From a virus (lineage: Duplodnaviria; Caudoviricetes): a DNA stretch of 50,610 bases. Location of the stretch: positions 1 through 50,610 of IMG/VR virus record IMGVR_UViG_3300020045_005352. One strand, written 5' to 3'. The notes beneath the pieces are model-generated. The model worked only from the letters and a program-made list of their open reading frames with translations, searched no databases and had not been told where the DNA came from. Below, in pieces: positions 1-7,986 of this stretch. Made by a program: the position numbers and the translations under genes. The first letter of the stretch is position 1. Each line of letters opens with the position of its first letter.

Positions 1-78
1 CTACATTCCTTGTTTCCATTAGCTTCGACTCACTGACCTACTTCGAATTTTTTCATTCTCTCCCCCTTGTTTGTGTGT
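1..78 (-). repeat. Inverted copy of 823-900 (RBS and 5' end of the 845..1012 gene), cut by the window edge
   Basis: Reverse complement of 1-78 matches 823-900 except two adjacent bases (AAA codon becomes TGA). Confidence 0.95.
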
Positions 79-96
79 TAGTAGTGTGCATGTTCT

Positions 97-124
97 ACTT
101 AACATAATTAAGATTATAGGACAT
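97..124. other. dif: dif-like XerC/XerD recombination site
   Basis: ACTTAACATAA-TTAAGA-TTATAGGACAT, 11-6-11 layout. The left arm reverse-complements to TTATGTTAAGT, one mismatch from the E. coli XerD arm TTATGTTAAAT. Intergenic. Confidence 0.85.
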
Positions 125-191
125 TGAAATGCTTTCCTTTATACAGTAAATAGGTGAAAAATTGTGAGAGAATGACCTATCCCTTACCAAC

Positions 192-211
192 TTATCAACA
201 GTTTATCCACA
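192..211 (+). promoter_or_regulatory. Tandem DnaA-box-like 9-mers
   Basis: TTATCAACA (192-200) and a perfect TTATCCACA (203-211) in a non-coding AT-rich region. Confidence 0.45.
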
Positions 212-343
212 AATCCTAATGTTATTGACAATGAAAAAGGATCTGCCTGACAAAAGGTTGTAAAAATATCCATAGCCAGAAAACAGATCCAAACACGCCA
301 GAAAAACACTTTAAAAATAATCCCATTTATTTAAATAATATAC

Positions 344-372
344 TTGACACATAAGATAGTATCGTATATACT
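344..372 (+). promoter_or_regulatory. sigma70-type early promoter
   Basis: TTGACA (344-349), 17 bp, TATACT (367-372), ahead of the first + strand gene cluster. Confidence 0.8.
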
Positions 373-423
373 CTAATCATGAAGAACAAATTAAACAATG
401 AAACGAAAACAAAGGGGGATAAG

Positions 424-804
424 ATGGAAACAATGACCGCAAAGATAGTTGATAGGATAGTTCCTGGCGATTTATTCGAAACATCATGGGGTTATGATCA
501 AACCAACTATGATTTTATAGTTGTACTTTCAATGAGTGCTTCAGGAAAGACGGCGAAATGTCAGAGAGTACACTGTAAAAACATGGGAGCAAGTGGGATT
601 GATGACTTGTTAAAGCCTATGAATGAGCCCTTTGGTGATGTATTTACCATGCATGTTAGAGAGGGTTATAAAGGGGATCTGAATTTGAAAGGTTCATACC
701 CTTTTTGCCACACTGGAAGCATGCAGAATACTAGGCTTGATAGATTTAGTCGTGTGGAAGTAGATAGAGTTTATGCCCAGACTAATTCAATGTTTGGACA
801 CTAA
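424..804 (+). CDS. Hypothetical early protein
   Basis: ORF 379..804; AAGGGGGA RBS favours ATG 424; contains SWGYDQTNYDF. Confidence 0.7.
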   Translation: METMTAKIVDRIVPGDLFETSWGYDQTNYDFIVVLSMSASGKTAKCQRVHCKNMGASGIDDLLKPMNEPFGDVFTMHVREGYKGDLNLKGSYPFCHTGSMQNTRLDRFSRVEVDRVYAQTNSMFGH

Positions 805-844
805 TAAAATGACAACCACAACACACACAAACAAGGGGGAGAGA

Positions 845-1012
845 ATGAAAAAATTCGAAGTAGGTCAGAAAGTCGAAGCTAATGGAAACAAGGAATGTAG
901 GATATTAAGATATTATTCAGAGGGAATGGTAGAAGTGCGCTTTTGGTCAGGCTTTCGCCACGTTGGTGATGCTTGCGTGCCAGAGTGTGATATCAAAGCA
1001 ATGGAGGCTTAA
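845..1012 (+). CDS. Small hypothetical protein, possibly SH3/KOW-like barrel
   Basis: AAGGGGGAG RBS then MKKFEVGQKV; the FxVGxxV start is typical of small beta-barrels. Confidence 0.6.
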   Translation: MKKFEVGQKVEANGNKECRILRYYSEGMVEVRFWSGFRHVGDACVPECDIKAMEA

Positions 1013-1016
1013 TTCA

Positions 1017-1289
1017 ATGACAACACAAGAAAACGGCGAGCGTATCAGCGAAGCGTTAACGGAAAAAGTGAGACTACAAAAAGAGAGGCAGTCTTTACTC
1101 AAAAATGAGATAGGCGATAAATGCTTTGCGGATAGTATCACGGCGGACGTCGAGCATAATCACGTTATCTTGAGGGCGGAAGTTGACGGCATATTGTTTG
1201 AAAGTGACGAGTATGACGGGGATTTAAAGGCGTGGTTACAAGCGATCATAGACAGGGGGCATGATTGCTCAATGGGCAAACTTAACTAA
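1017..1289 (+). CDS. Hypothetical protein
   Basis: ORF 963..1289; ATG 1017 follows a GGAGG RBS. Confidence 0.65.
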   Translation: MTTQENGERISEALTEKVRLQKERQSLLKNEIGDKCFADSITADVEHNHVILRAEVDGILFESDEYDGDLKAWLQAIIDRGHDCSMGKLN

Positions 1290-1305
1290 AAAAGAGGGGG
1301 ACACA

Positions 1306-1746
1306 ATGACAACACAAGCGACAAGGTTTTGGAGTAGAGTCCTTAAAACTGATACTTGTTGGCTATGGGAAGGAGCGAAGAATAGCTGGGGATATGGTCA
1401 ATTCTATCCTAATGGGAGAAAGTCTCAAGTAAGAGCGCATAGGTTTGCTTTTGAAGAGACTAAAGGAAAAATACCCAATGAAATGGTGCTAGATCATTTA
1501 TGTAAGAATAAAGCTTGTATTAATCCTAGTCATTTAGAAATTGTTACAAGTCGAGAAAATACCTTGAGAGGAGAAAGCCCACTTGCAAAATTTGCTCGTC
1601 AAACTCATTGTTTAAGAGGGCATATTCTTGATGAGAAAAATACTTATTACCCAACACCATTTAAAAGATATTGCCGTAAATGTAGGATTATAAGACAGCG
1701 TAAACATAGACAGAATAAAGCTAATAGACAAGCGGAAGGGGTGTAA
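1306..1746 (+). CDS. HNH homing endonuclease
   Basis: RFWSRV..CWLWEG..GYG..AHR..LDHLCKNKACINPSHLE..EN, then a THCLRGH/CRKC tail. Confidence 0.92.
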   Translation: MTTQATRFWSRVLKTDTCWLWEGAKNSWGYGQFYPNGRKSQVRAHRFAFEETKGKIPNEMVLDHLCKNKACINPSHLEIVTSRENTLRGESPLAKFARQTHCLRGHILDEKNTYYPTPFKRYCRKCRIIRQRKHRQNKANRQAEGV

Positions 1747-1748
1747 AT

Positions 1749-1910
1749 ATGAATAAGCCAATCAAGTATATTGATGACCTGCCTTTGGACGCAACACACT
1801 CTTTGAGAATGCTCAAGGATATATTCAAGGGTACGAGCTTTGAGAGTCAAGTCAATGAGCAATTCCTACGCAACTATAACGAGGGTAAAGAGAGGGGGGT
1901 GGGGGAATGA
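1749..1910 (+). CDS. Small hypothetical protein (53 aa, below the ORF-track cutoff)
   Basis: Read by hand: MNKPIKY..ERGVGE*; fills the gap and overlaps the next start as ATGA. Confidence 0.55.
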   Translation: MNKPIKYIDDLPLDATHSLRMLKDIFKGTSFESQVNEQFLRNYNEGKERGVGE

Positions 1911-2149
1911 GCAAGGATATATACGAGAAGATTCAAGATAGTCTACCCGAACATATAGAGAACTACTTTCGGGATAGTGGGACGGATAAGACGGATAAGG
2001 AGCTATTAGACTTTATCTGGGACAATCCGAAGGCTTGGGAGACTTTGAAAGACTTCATAGCCTCAAGCAAGCTAGGTGACAAGATAGTCGAGAGAGTATA
2101 TCAAGCTATGCCAGAAGGAGGGGAAAGAGAGTATGACAATGACCGCTAG
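1907..2149 (+). CDS. Hypothetical protein
   Basis: 80 aa ORF, G-rich RBS, overlaps both neighbours. Confidence 0.6.
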   Translation: MSKDIYEKIQDSLPEHIENYFRDSGTDKTDKELLDFIWDNPKAWETLKDFIASSKLGDKIVERVYQAMPEGGEREYDNDR

Positions 2150-2588
2150 GATACTGGTTTTATGCCTGTTTTCCTTGATTCTAGGCGTGATACCTGCTAG
2201 AGCCGATATATCAGACGAGCAGGCCATTAAAGCCATCCTAGGCGAAGCTAGGGGCGAAGGTTGGGAAACAGATCAGAATGGAAAGAAGTTCTATACTGAC
2301 CAGCTTAACTATGAAGCCATGTATGCCGTAGCCTGTGCAATACGCAATAGAGGCACATTAAGAGGGGTTTATGGGGCAACTGCTAAGACAGAGCCTATAA
2401 GCCCAGAACTATGGCAGAGGGCGTCTAAAGCTTGGTTTAATAGTGAAGACGGAGGGGATATTACACTTGGGGCAACACATTGGGAGAACATAGGCGCTTT
2501 CGGGAAGCCTTACTGGGCTAAGAATATGGCACAGACGGTTAAAGTGGGTAACCATAATTTCTACAGAGAATCTAAACGCACATCATAG
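2133..2588 (+). CDS. SleB-like cell wall hydrolase (Hydrolase_2) with signal peptide
   Basis: ILGEARGE..AVACAIRNR..DITLGATHW..VGNHNFY; hydrophobic N-terminus ending in ARA. Confidence 0.88.
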   Translation: MTMTARILVLCLFSLILGVIPARADISDEQAIKAILGEARGEGWETDQNGKKFYTDQLNYEAMYAVACAIRNRGTLRGVYGATAKTEPISPELWQRASKAWFNSEDGGDITLGATHWENIGAFGKPYWAKNMAQTVKVGNHNFYRESKRTS

Positions 2589-2596
2589 GAGATAAC

Positions 2597-2752
2597 ATGG
2601 CAAACAAACAGAGAACATTTACCTTCCCAATCACCCCTGACTTTGCGGAGGACTGGAAGAAGTTTCAGGAAGTAGCAAAGGGGGAGAATAGGTCAGCGTC
2701 TTACCTAGTTAGGGATGTACTGAAGAAGTATCTTGAGGCGGTGAAGGCTTGA
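2597..2752 (+). CDS. Ribbon-helix-helix (Arc/CopG-like) regulator, 51 aa
   Basis: Read by hand: MANKQRTFTFPIT..FQEVAKGENRSASYLVRDVLKKYL; AGGAG RBS. Confidence 0.8.
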   Translation: MANKQRTFTFPITPDFAEDWKKFQEVAKGENRSASYLVRDVLKKYLEAVKA

Positions 2753-2916
2753 AGAGGTGGCGGGAACGCTGTACGTTCTGCCTGAGATTGTTCCCAAATA
2801 CTGATGTTAATAGTATGGTATGTTTAGATTGTCTCAGGGAATATATTGCCCAGATAGCACCAAACAATTCTGGGGTAGACACCAAGCTTTTAAAATAACT
2901 ACCTTTTTAATAGAAC

Positions 2917-2939
2917 AAGGCTAGACTAAAACTAGCCTT
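2917..2939. terminator. Hairpin between convergent transcription units
   Basis: AAGGCTAG-7 nt-CTAGCCTT with T-rich flanks on both strands. Confidence 0.5.
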
Positions 2940-2946
2940 TATATTC

Positions 2947-3113
2947 CTCGTTACACTACACCTGTACTTCTTCTCTCTAAAGAGTAACATGGGTGTAACG
3001 GAAAAGGTGTAACGAGACTACAAAACAGCATATAAAGCATTGGAAAATTTAGTACTTACGTTAAAAATGAGACCCTGTTTTATCGTTACACCTAACAATT
3101 TCTGGGTGTAACG
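2947..3113. repeat. Five GTGTAACG copies in both orientations; candidate replication origin
   Basis: Copies at 2949-2956(-), 2993-3000(+), 3007-3014(+), 3084-3091(-), 3106-3113(+), spanning the helicase 3' end. Confidence 0.7.
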
Positions 3114-4001
3114 TATCGAGGAGGGCTGAATTGCGTGATGAAATTCGTCAAAAGTGAACTTCTTTCCGTTCGTTTTACAGCGAGTTATGAAAGAGTGAGA
3201 TTTTTCAACGGCGTTAATTTCTGCCTGTTTTTCTGACATAGAAAGGGTATAAGATTCAGCGTGGAAGTCCATGGAGAATTTCTTTAGCATGGTTGAATGG
3301 GAGTCCTTCTTTAAGGACATTATGCATTTATTGTCTGATTGGGTGAGGTAGTACATGCCAGTCACATGGGCTTTTAAGAATTGGCTACCCATAAATGGAT
3401 CAGACTTTGGATAATATTTTCCCTCAGCAAAATCATTGGTATTCTTTAATGTGTGGTGGTTAAACCAATTAACACAGCCAAAATGTTTTTGAATACGAGC
3501 AGAGAATTGAGCAAACATTGTGGCATCTTCGCCATCAGATAGACCACCTTTTACCATCGCATAGATTGGGTCAAATACTATGATATCGGGTTCTAAGCAA
3601 AATCTTTCTATACGTTCGATTAGAGCTGCTTCATCTTTCGGGTCAAGAACATTTATACCTATTGTTTCTTCATCGATGTAGATATTGTCGTAGTTGATGT
3701 CGATGATTTGCTTCATATGTTGCATACGTTCTAAAGGTTCCTCAACACCACGCTCAGTTAAACAATAATAAATTTTAAGTGGACGAACTGGTTGAAAGAA
3801 GCCAAAGACGGGGAGTCCTGCGGAAGCTTGAAGTGCCATACAGAGACTTAAAACTGATTTTCCAACACCAGGGTCAGCATAAACCATTATGACTAATTTT
3901 TCGTATATAAAGTTTTCAACAAGTGGTTGGCGGGGAGATATTGGAGAATCTACTAACTCTTTAAGTAGAAGACCAGTATAAGGGGCTTTAGTATTGTTCA
4001 T
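3018..4001 (-). CDS. RecA-fold helicase, RSF1010 RepA/AAA_25-like
   Basis: Walker A YADPGVGKS, Walker B IIVFDP, NHHT and FMGSQ motifs. Confidence 0.85.
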   Translation of the reverse strand: MNNTKAPYTGLLLKELVDSPISPRQPLVENFIYEKLVIMVYADPGVGKSVLSLCMALQASAGLPVFGFFQPVRPLKIYYCLTERGVEEPLERMQHMKQIIDINYDNIYIDEETIGINVLDPKDEAALIERIERFCLEPDIIVFDPIYAMVKGGLSDGEDATMFAQFSARIQKHFGCVNWFNHHTLKNTNDFAEGKYYPKSDPFMGSQFLKAHVTGMYYLTQSDNKCIMSLKKDSHSTMLKKFSMDFHAESYTLSMSEKQAEINAVEKSHSFITRCKTNGKKFTFDEFHHAIQPSSIRYTQKLLGVTIKQGLIFNVSTKFSNALYAVL

Positions 4002-4025
4002 TAGGGCTTAATCATAGATGAAAGG

Positions 4026-4112
4026 ATTCTATCACAAAATAATTCCTTGTCAAACTGTTATTTACAGAATTTGTAAATAGATGTTGACAGCTTTAGTGCT
4101 TTAGTGTAGATT
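4026..4112. promoter_or_regulatory. Back-to-back sigma70 promoters with a central palindromic operator
   Basis: Leftward TTGACA (4053-4048), 16 bp, TGnTAGAAT; rightward TTGACA (4084-4089), 17 bp, TAGATT; TATTTACA-5-TGTAAATA at 4059-4079. Confidence 0.75.
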
Positions 4113-4134
4113 ATCAATTACAAAGGAGAAAGAA

Positions 4135-4338
4135 ATGATTCTAGCGAGCAAGAATTTAAAGAAGTATCTTGAGATTGCACAGATATCAAATACAGAGTTT
4201 GCGGAGACCATTGGATTTGATACCGCCACAGTCTCACAAGTTTTGAGTGGCAAAGAAGAACCCTCTAAGAAGTTTATAGAACAGGTGATTCTTAAAACTG
4301 ATATGAAGTTTGATTCAGCATTTGAGGTGTCTGAATGA
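4135..4338 (+). CDS. XRE/Cro-like HTH regulator
   Basis: ISNTEFAETIGFDTATVSQVLSGKEEPS; 67 aa. Confidence 0.9.
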   Translation: MILASKNLKKYLEIAQISNTEFAETIGFDTATVSQVLSGKEEPSKKFIEQVILKTDMKFDSAFEVSE

Positions 4339-4814
4339 GTTGGAGAGATAAGCTTAAATGGGGTGATGAAAGCTTGAAAACTCCAGAACATGATGCTTTA
4401 GTTCTTTGGTTAAGAGACAATTTATCTTCTGTGATAGATAGCTTGAAAATTTCTCCAGAATATAAGATGGACACGCCTATTATAGAGTATCCAATAACTA
4501 ATAAACACTCCTCAATTTTATGTTTTATTGATTTGAAAGTTCTTATTGAATACATGGAGAAAGTAAGAGAGAACTTCTCCTATAAGAATCAATTAGGATT
4601 GTTATTTGAAGTAAAACCTAAAATTGAATCGTTCGGAGAGATTCTAAGACAGCTTCATTCTTATAAGATTTATTATGAAGCTAATTGTGGTAATAATTTT
4701 GGAACTGGTAAGTGTAAAGTTATTGTTGTCTCACCAGATAAAAGATTTAGAGAAGATATTGAATCTCAAGGCTTTGGATTTATCAATCCTGATGATTTTG
4801 TGGTAAAAGAATAA
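4335..4814 (+). CDS. Hypothetical protein, probable PD-(D/E)XK nuclease fold
   Basis: IEYPI..FIDL..LFEVKP..LRQLHSY. Confidence 0.55.
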   Translation: MSWRDKLKWGDESLKTPEHDALVLWLRDNLSSVIDSLKISPEYKMDTPIIEYPITNKHSSILCFIDLKVLIEYMEKVRENFSYKNQLGLLFEVKPKIESFGEILRQLHSYKIYYEANCGNNFGTGKCKVIVVSPDKRFREDIESQGFGFINPDDFVVKE

Positions 4815-5015
4815 ATGAACTCCATCCGCCGTCTATGCAGGAAGTGTGGGCATCTTTATACTTTCAAATGGCATGGAAATGATTTGAGGACACAGGCAGA
4901 GTATGACATCTGGAGCCTAGATTACACGATACACAAGCTAGAACATATAAAGGAGGAAGTCTATGAGTCAAGCCTTAAGTATCGTACATCAGTTACAAAT
5001 GGCAGAGTTGGCTAG
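4815..5015 (+). CDS. Small hypothetical protein (CxxC)
   Basis: 66 aa ORF abutting the upstream stop. Confidence 0.45.
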   Translation: MNSIRRLCRKCGHLYTFKWHGNDLRTQAEYDIWSLDYTIHKLEHIKEEVYESSLKYRTSVTNGRVG

Positions 5016-5154
5016 AATAGTTGATAAGTTTCTGGAGTTAAAGCCAGAATACTCGGGAGCTTTCTGGGATAGTATGCAGTTTGCGGAGTTTGTGATGGGG
5101 AGGTTTGACAAGATAGAGTTGGAAGAATTGGAAAAGGTAGTCTGCCCCTTCTAA
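4963..5154 (+). CDS. Hypothetical protein
   Basis: AAGGAGG RBS; TAATG overlap with the next gene. Confidence 0.6.
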   Translation: MSQALSIVHQLQMAELARIVDKFLELKPEYSGAFWDSMQFAEFVMGRFDKIELEELEKVVCPF

Positions 5155-5780
5155 TGCCTACTACTAAGCAGGAAAAAGAATCTGGTTGGCTATCAGTCAC
5201 AGAAGTCCTAGACGCTTTCATCCCCAAGGGATTACTTGCTTGGTACCTGAAAACAGGGGCTAAGGAAGCTAAGAGGCTTGGGACGGTGGCTATGAAGATA
5301 GGCTCAAGAGTTGATGAGTTAATTCAGGCTGATATAAATGGAACTAAGCCAAAGTTCTATCCTAAGGCTAATGAGATTGAAGTGGCTAATTGTATGGATG
5401 CTTGGCACAAATTTAAGCAAGATTATGACCCCATCATTGAAGCTTGCCAGATAGAGGTTAAGTCAGAAGAGCAGAAGTTGGTAGGACATATTGATCTAAT
5501 CATGGATGGCAGAGTTGTTGACATCAAATGTGCTTCCTCTATTAAGCAGAACTACTGGTTACAAGTAGCTAAATATCTAGACATGAAGAACATGACAGAG
5601 CTAGTGGATAGCACGGCAATACTGAGGTTAGACAAGAACCTTGGAACCTATCAATTCATGGTAGATACGCAAGCCAAGATTGATAACAAAAAGTGTGTAG
5701 AAGTGTTCGATGGGCTACTAACGGCCTATCGATTTTATAATCCTCCAACGGAGGAGAAAGAGGAGATATGTCAAACGTAA
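5154..5780 (+). CDS. PD-(D/E)XK exonuclease of the recombination module
   Basis: LSVTEVL..GSRVD..GHIDL..VVDIKC..LQVAKY. Confidence 0.85.
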   Translation: MPTTKQEKESGWLSVTEVLDAFIPKGLLAWYLKTGAKEAKRLGTVAMKIGSRVDELIQADINGTKPKFYPKANEIEVANCMDAWHKFKQDYDPIIEACQIEVKSEEQKLVGHIDLIMDGRVVDIKCASSIKQNYWLQVAKYLDMKNMTELVDSTAILRLDKNLGTYQFMVDTQAKIDNKKCVEVFDGLLTAYRFYNPPTEEKEEICQT

Positions 5781-6547
5781 TACTGCTTCCAACGGAAGCT
5801 ACAGAGACAGGGAATGTGTGGGCTTGCCAGAAGTTTGGAGTCTTAGGGGCACCAGGGATAGGAAAGTCTGGGATAATGGCAAGGGGAGAGAAGACGCTTG
5901 TTATTCAAACTGAGGCGGGGCTTAATCACATCAAATGTATGAAGGTTATTTGCCGAAGCTGGCAAGACTGGGAAGATATTTGGTCAGCTTTGATTAAGGC
6001 GAAGCAGGCTAAGACATTGAGCTATGACACCATTGGCATAGACACTATCGACAACTTTGTTGATTTTGCCAATGATGAGGCTGTCAGCAGAGGGCAAGCC
6101 AAGTACAAACAGGCAGACATCAATACAGTTGGAGATATTCCTAATGGGGCTGGCTGGTCATGGGCGACAGACCTTGTTAAAAACGCCTTTGAGAAGTTGG
6201 AGAGTCTTGGAGTATGTGTCTACTACATAGGACATCTTGAGTATAAGGAAGTTAAACAGCCAAACAATGTATCAATCCATAAGCAGACCATTGGCATTGG
6301 TGGTAAGACGGGAGGCTTCCTAGTCGCTTGGCCTGACCACTTGCTTAATATTGAAGCCAAACTCCAAGGAGATAAGATTTTAAGGAAAGTTCGTACTATC
6401 CCTACAGCGACCATGGACGCTAAATCAAAGGGGGCAGTAATACCGAACGGGTTCGAGCTCCTATCACCCGAGAGCCTAACAGCAGATGGGATAACTAAGT
6501 CGGACATAGAGAACTTCCAACGGATACGTTCTCTGTTCAAATCATAA
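5768..6547 (+). CDS. Sak4-like (AAA_24) ssDNA-annealing ATPase
   Basis: GAPGIGKS, IQTEAG, YDTIGIDTID, IGH, AKS; lies between exonuclease and SSB-like genes. Confidence 0.85.
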   Translation: MSNVILLPTEATETGNVWACQKFGVLGAPGIGKSGIMARGEKTLVIQTEAGLNHIKCMKVICRSWQDWEDIWSALIKAKQAKTLSYDTIGIDTIDNFVDFANDEAVSRGQAKYKQADINTVGDIPNGAGWSWATDLVKNAFEKLESLGVCVYYIGHLEYKEVKQPNNVSIHKQTIGIGGKTGGFLVAWPDHLLNIEAKLQGDKILRKVRTIPTATMDAKSKGAVIPNGFELLSPESLTADGITKSDIENFQRIRSLFKS

Positions 6548-6556
6548 GGAGTCAGC

Positions 6557-7054
6557 ATGTCATTAGTAGACCGCTTGAAAGAGTCTGGATTTAAGCCTGA
6601 GAAGTCAACAGAAGGGGAGTTTAAACCGCTTGAAGGGGTTTATGCCACTCAGTTTGTTAAGGCAGATGAGAAAGAAGCCAAAGATAAGGGAGGCAGACAG
6701 CTTCAAGTTGAGCTTAAGATAACTGAAGTGTTGGCCGGATCAGTATCTCATTCTAAATATAATGAGTTTAGGAAATATCTCCAGTTGGAAGGAGATGAGG
6801 CGGTTGATAAGAAGAAGGGGTTGCCCTGGATTATCAATGCTTTATTTACCGCAGGAGTTGAGGTTTCTGGCGGTACGGATGAAGAACTTATCCAGTCTAT
6901 CAAAGACGCTCTTGGCACAATGATTTATGTCAGAGCCTATGGATTTACTCCAGAAGATGGAGATAAGTCTTACCAAATGTTTGTGGTTATGAAGGAAGAT
7001 AAGGCTATGAAGAAGGCGGAGGAAGTTAAGAAGAAGCAGGGACATCCCCTCTAA
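6557..7054 (+). CDS. Putative ssDNA-binding protein (DUF669-like)
   Basis: FKPLEGVY N-terminal pattern; position after Sak4. Confidence 0.6.
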   Translation: MSLVDRLKESGFKPEKSTEGEFKPLEGVYATQFVKADEKEAKDKGGRQLQVELKITEVLAGSVSHSKYNEFRKYLQLEGDEAVDKKKGLPWIINALFTAGVEVSGGTDEELIQSIKDALGTMIYVRAYGFTPEDGDKSYQMFVVMKEDKAMKKAEEVKKKQGHPL

Positions 7055-7555
7055 ATGATATTGGTCTGTGACAGTCGTGAGCAAAAAATGTTGGATTTCT
7101 CAGGGATTGAAGGCATAGAGAAGATAGAAGAAATGGGGCTTTCATTCGGAGATTACACCGCTATTTGCCACGACCGTCCAGTACCAATAGTTTTTGAGAG
7201 GAAGAATTTGCAGGATTTGTTTGGGACTATGACATCTGGGTATGAGAGGTTTAAGAGAGAGATGGAGCGGGCGAAGGTGTCCAATATGAAGCTGATACTC
7301 ATAGTTGAGGGGACATATACCGATGTCTGGAATGGGACGGATTATAGTCAGTTTTCAGGTGAGTCGATGATTAAGAAGTTGCACATGCTCCAAGTGCGTT
7401 ACGACCTAGAAACAGTTTTTACGGAGTCAAGGCGGGTGATGGCTAGATACATCGCTGGGTTATTCTCTGCGGTTGAGAGGAATTGGGGTAAAGATTCCAC
7501 CTTAAAAACTGGTTTAAAAGAAAGTTCTACCGGCGTTAATAATATCAAAATATGA
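7055..7555 (+). CDS. ERCC4/XPF-family nuclease
   Basis: DSREQ..GDY..FERKNLQDL..RFKREMER..LIVEG. Confidence 0.92.
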   Translation: MILVCDSREQKMLDFSGIEGIEKIEEMGLSFGDYTAICHDRPVPIVFERKNLQDLFGTMTSGYERFKREMERAKVSNMKLILIVEGTYTDVWNGTDYSQFSGESMIKKLHMLQVRYDLETVFTESRRVMARYIAGLFSAVERNWGKDSTLKTGLKESSTGVNNIKI

Positions 7556-7656
7556 GTGTAACACCTTCCGATAGATACCTCTGTGAGGAATGTGGGTTTA
7601 GGACGGGGGATTATTGGGAGTATCAAGTTCATCAATGTAAAACAAAGGAGAATTAA
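7552..7656 (+). CDS. 34-aa single zinc-finger microprotein
   Basis: Read by hand: MSVTPSDRYLCEECGFRTGDYWEYQVHQCKTKEN*; ATGA overlap upstream, TAAATG junction downstream. Confidence 0.6.
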   Translation: MSVTPSDRYLCEECGFRTGDYWEYQVHQCKTKEN

Positions 7657-7863
7657 ATGAGCATTACCCTTACCGATTCAGATGTTAAGAAAATCAAGGC
7701 ACTTCACAAAGAGAATATGGATAGCTTGTTGAAAGTTGTGGACGGAAATGTCAACACTTCCAAGCCTCAGCCCATTACCCACAAGAACGCTTCTTGTCTT
7801 GTGGCAAAGGCTATCGGCAATCAGATCGCAATACTGAATGTGATTAATAAGGCTAGTGCGTAA
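7657..7863 (+). CDS. Hypothetical protein
   Basis: AAGGAG RBS, 68 aa. Confidence 0.65.
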   Translation: MSITLTDSDVKKIKALHKENMDSLLKVVDGNVNTSKPQPITHKNASCLVAKAIGNQIAILNVINKASA

Positions 7864-7890
7864 TCATTCGTTGGGGAATTAAAGTTACAT

Positions 7891-7963
7891 GAGGTCTTGG
7901 CCTGACAAAAGCAGAATGTCAGGAGGAAGCCAAAGAGTGCTGGGTGAAAGTCCTGGGGGCCTC
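7891..7963 (+). ncRNA. Candidate structured RNA 1
   Basis: Closing stem GAGGTC/GGCCTC; inner TTGGC/GCCAA and CTGACA/TGTCAG; 3' hairpin CTGGG-TGAAAGT-CCTGG. Confidence 0.5.
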
Positions 7964-7986
7964 GCCTAAGTTTAGCAAGAAAAGAT

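Noticed and set aside
28-36. TGA replacing a sense codon as evidence of stop-codon reassignment
   Set aside because: It is a single case in a duplicated fragment; long genes read intact in the standard code and many end in TGA.
5154-5780. Cas4-like nuclease suggesting CRISPR-Cas
   Set aside because: No repeat-spacer array or other cas genes seen, no Fe-S cysteine set, and the exonuclease-Sak4-SSB context indicates recombination.
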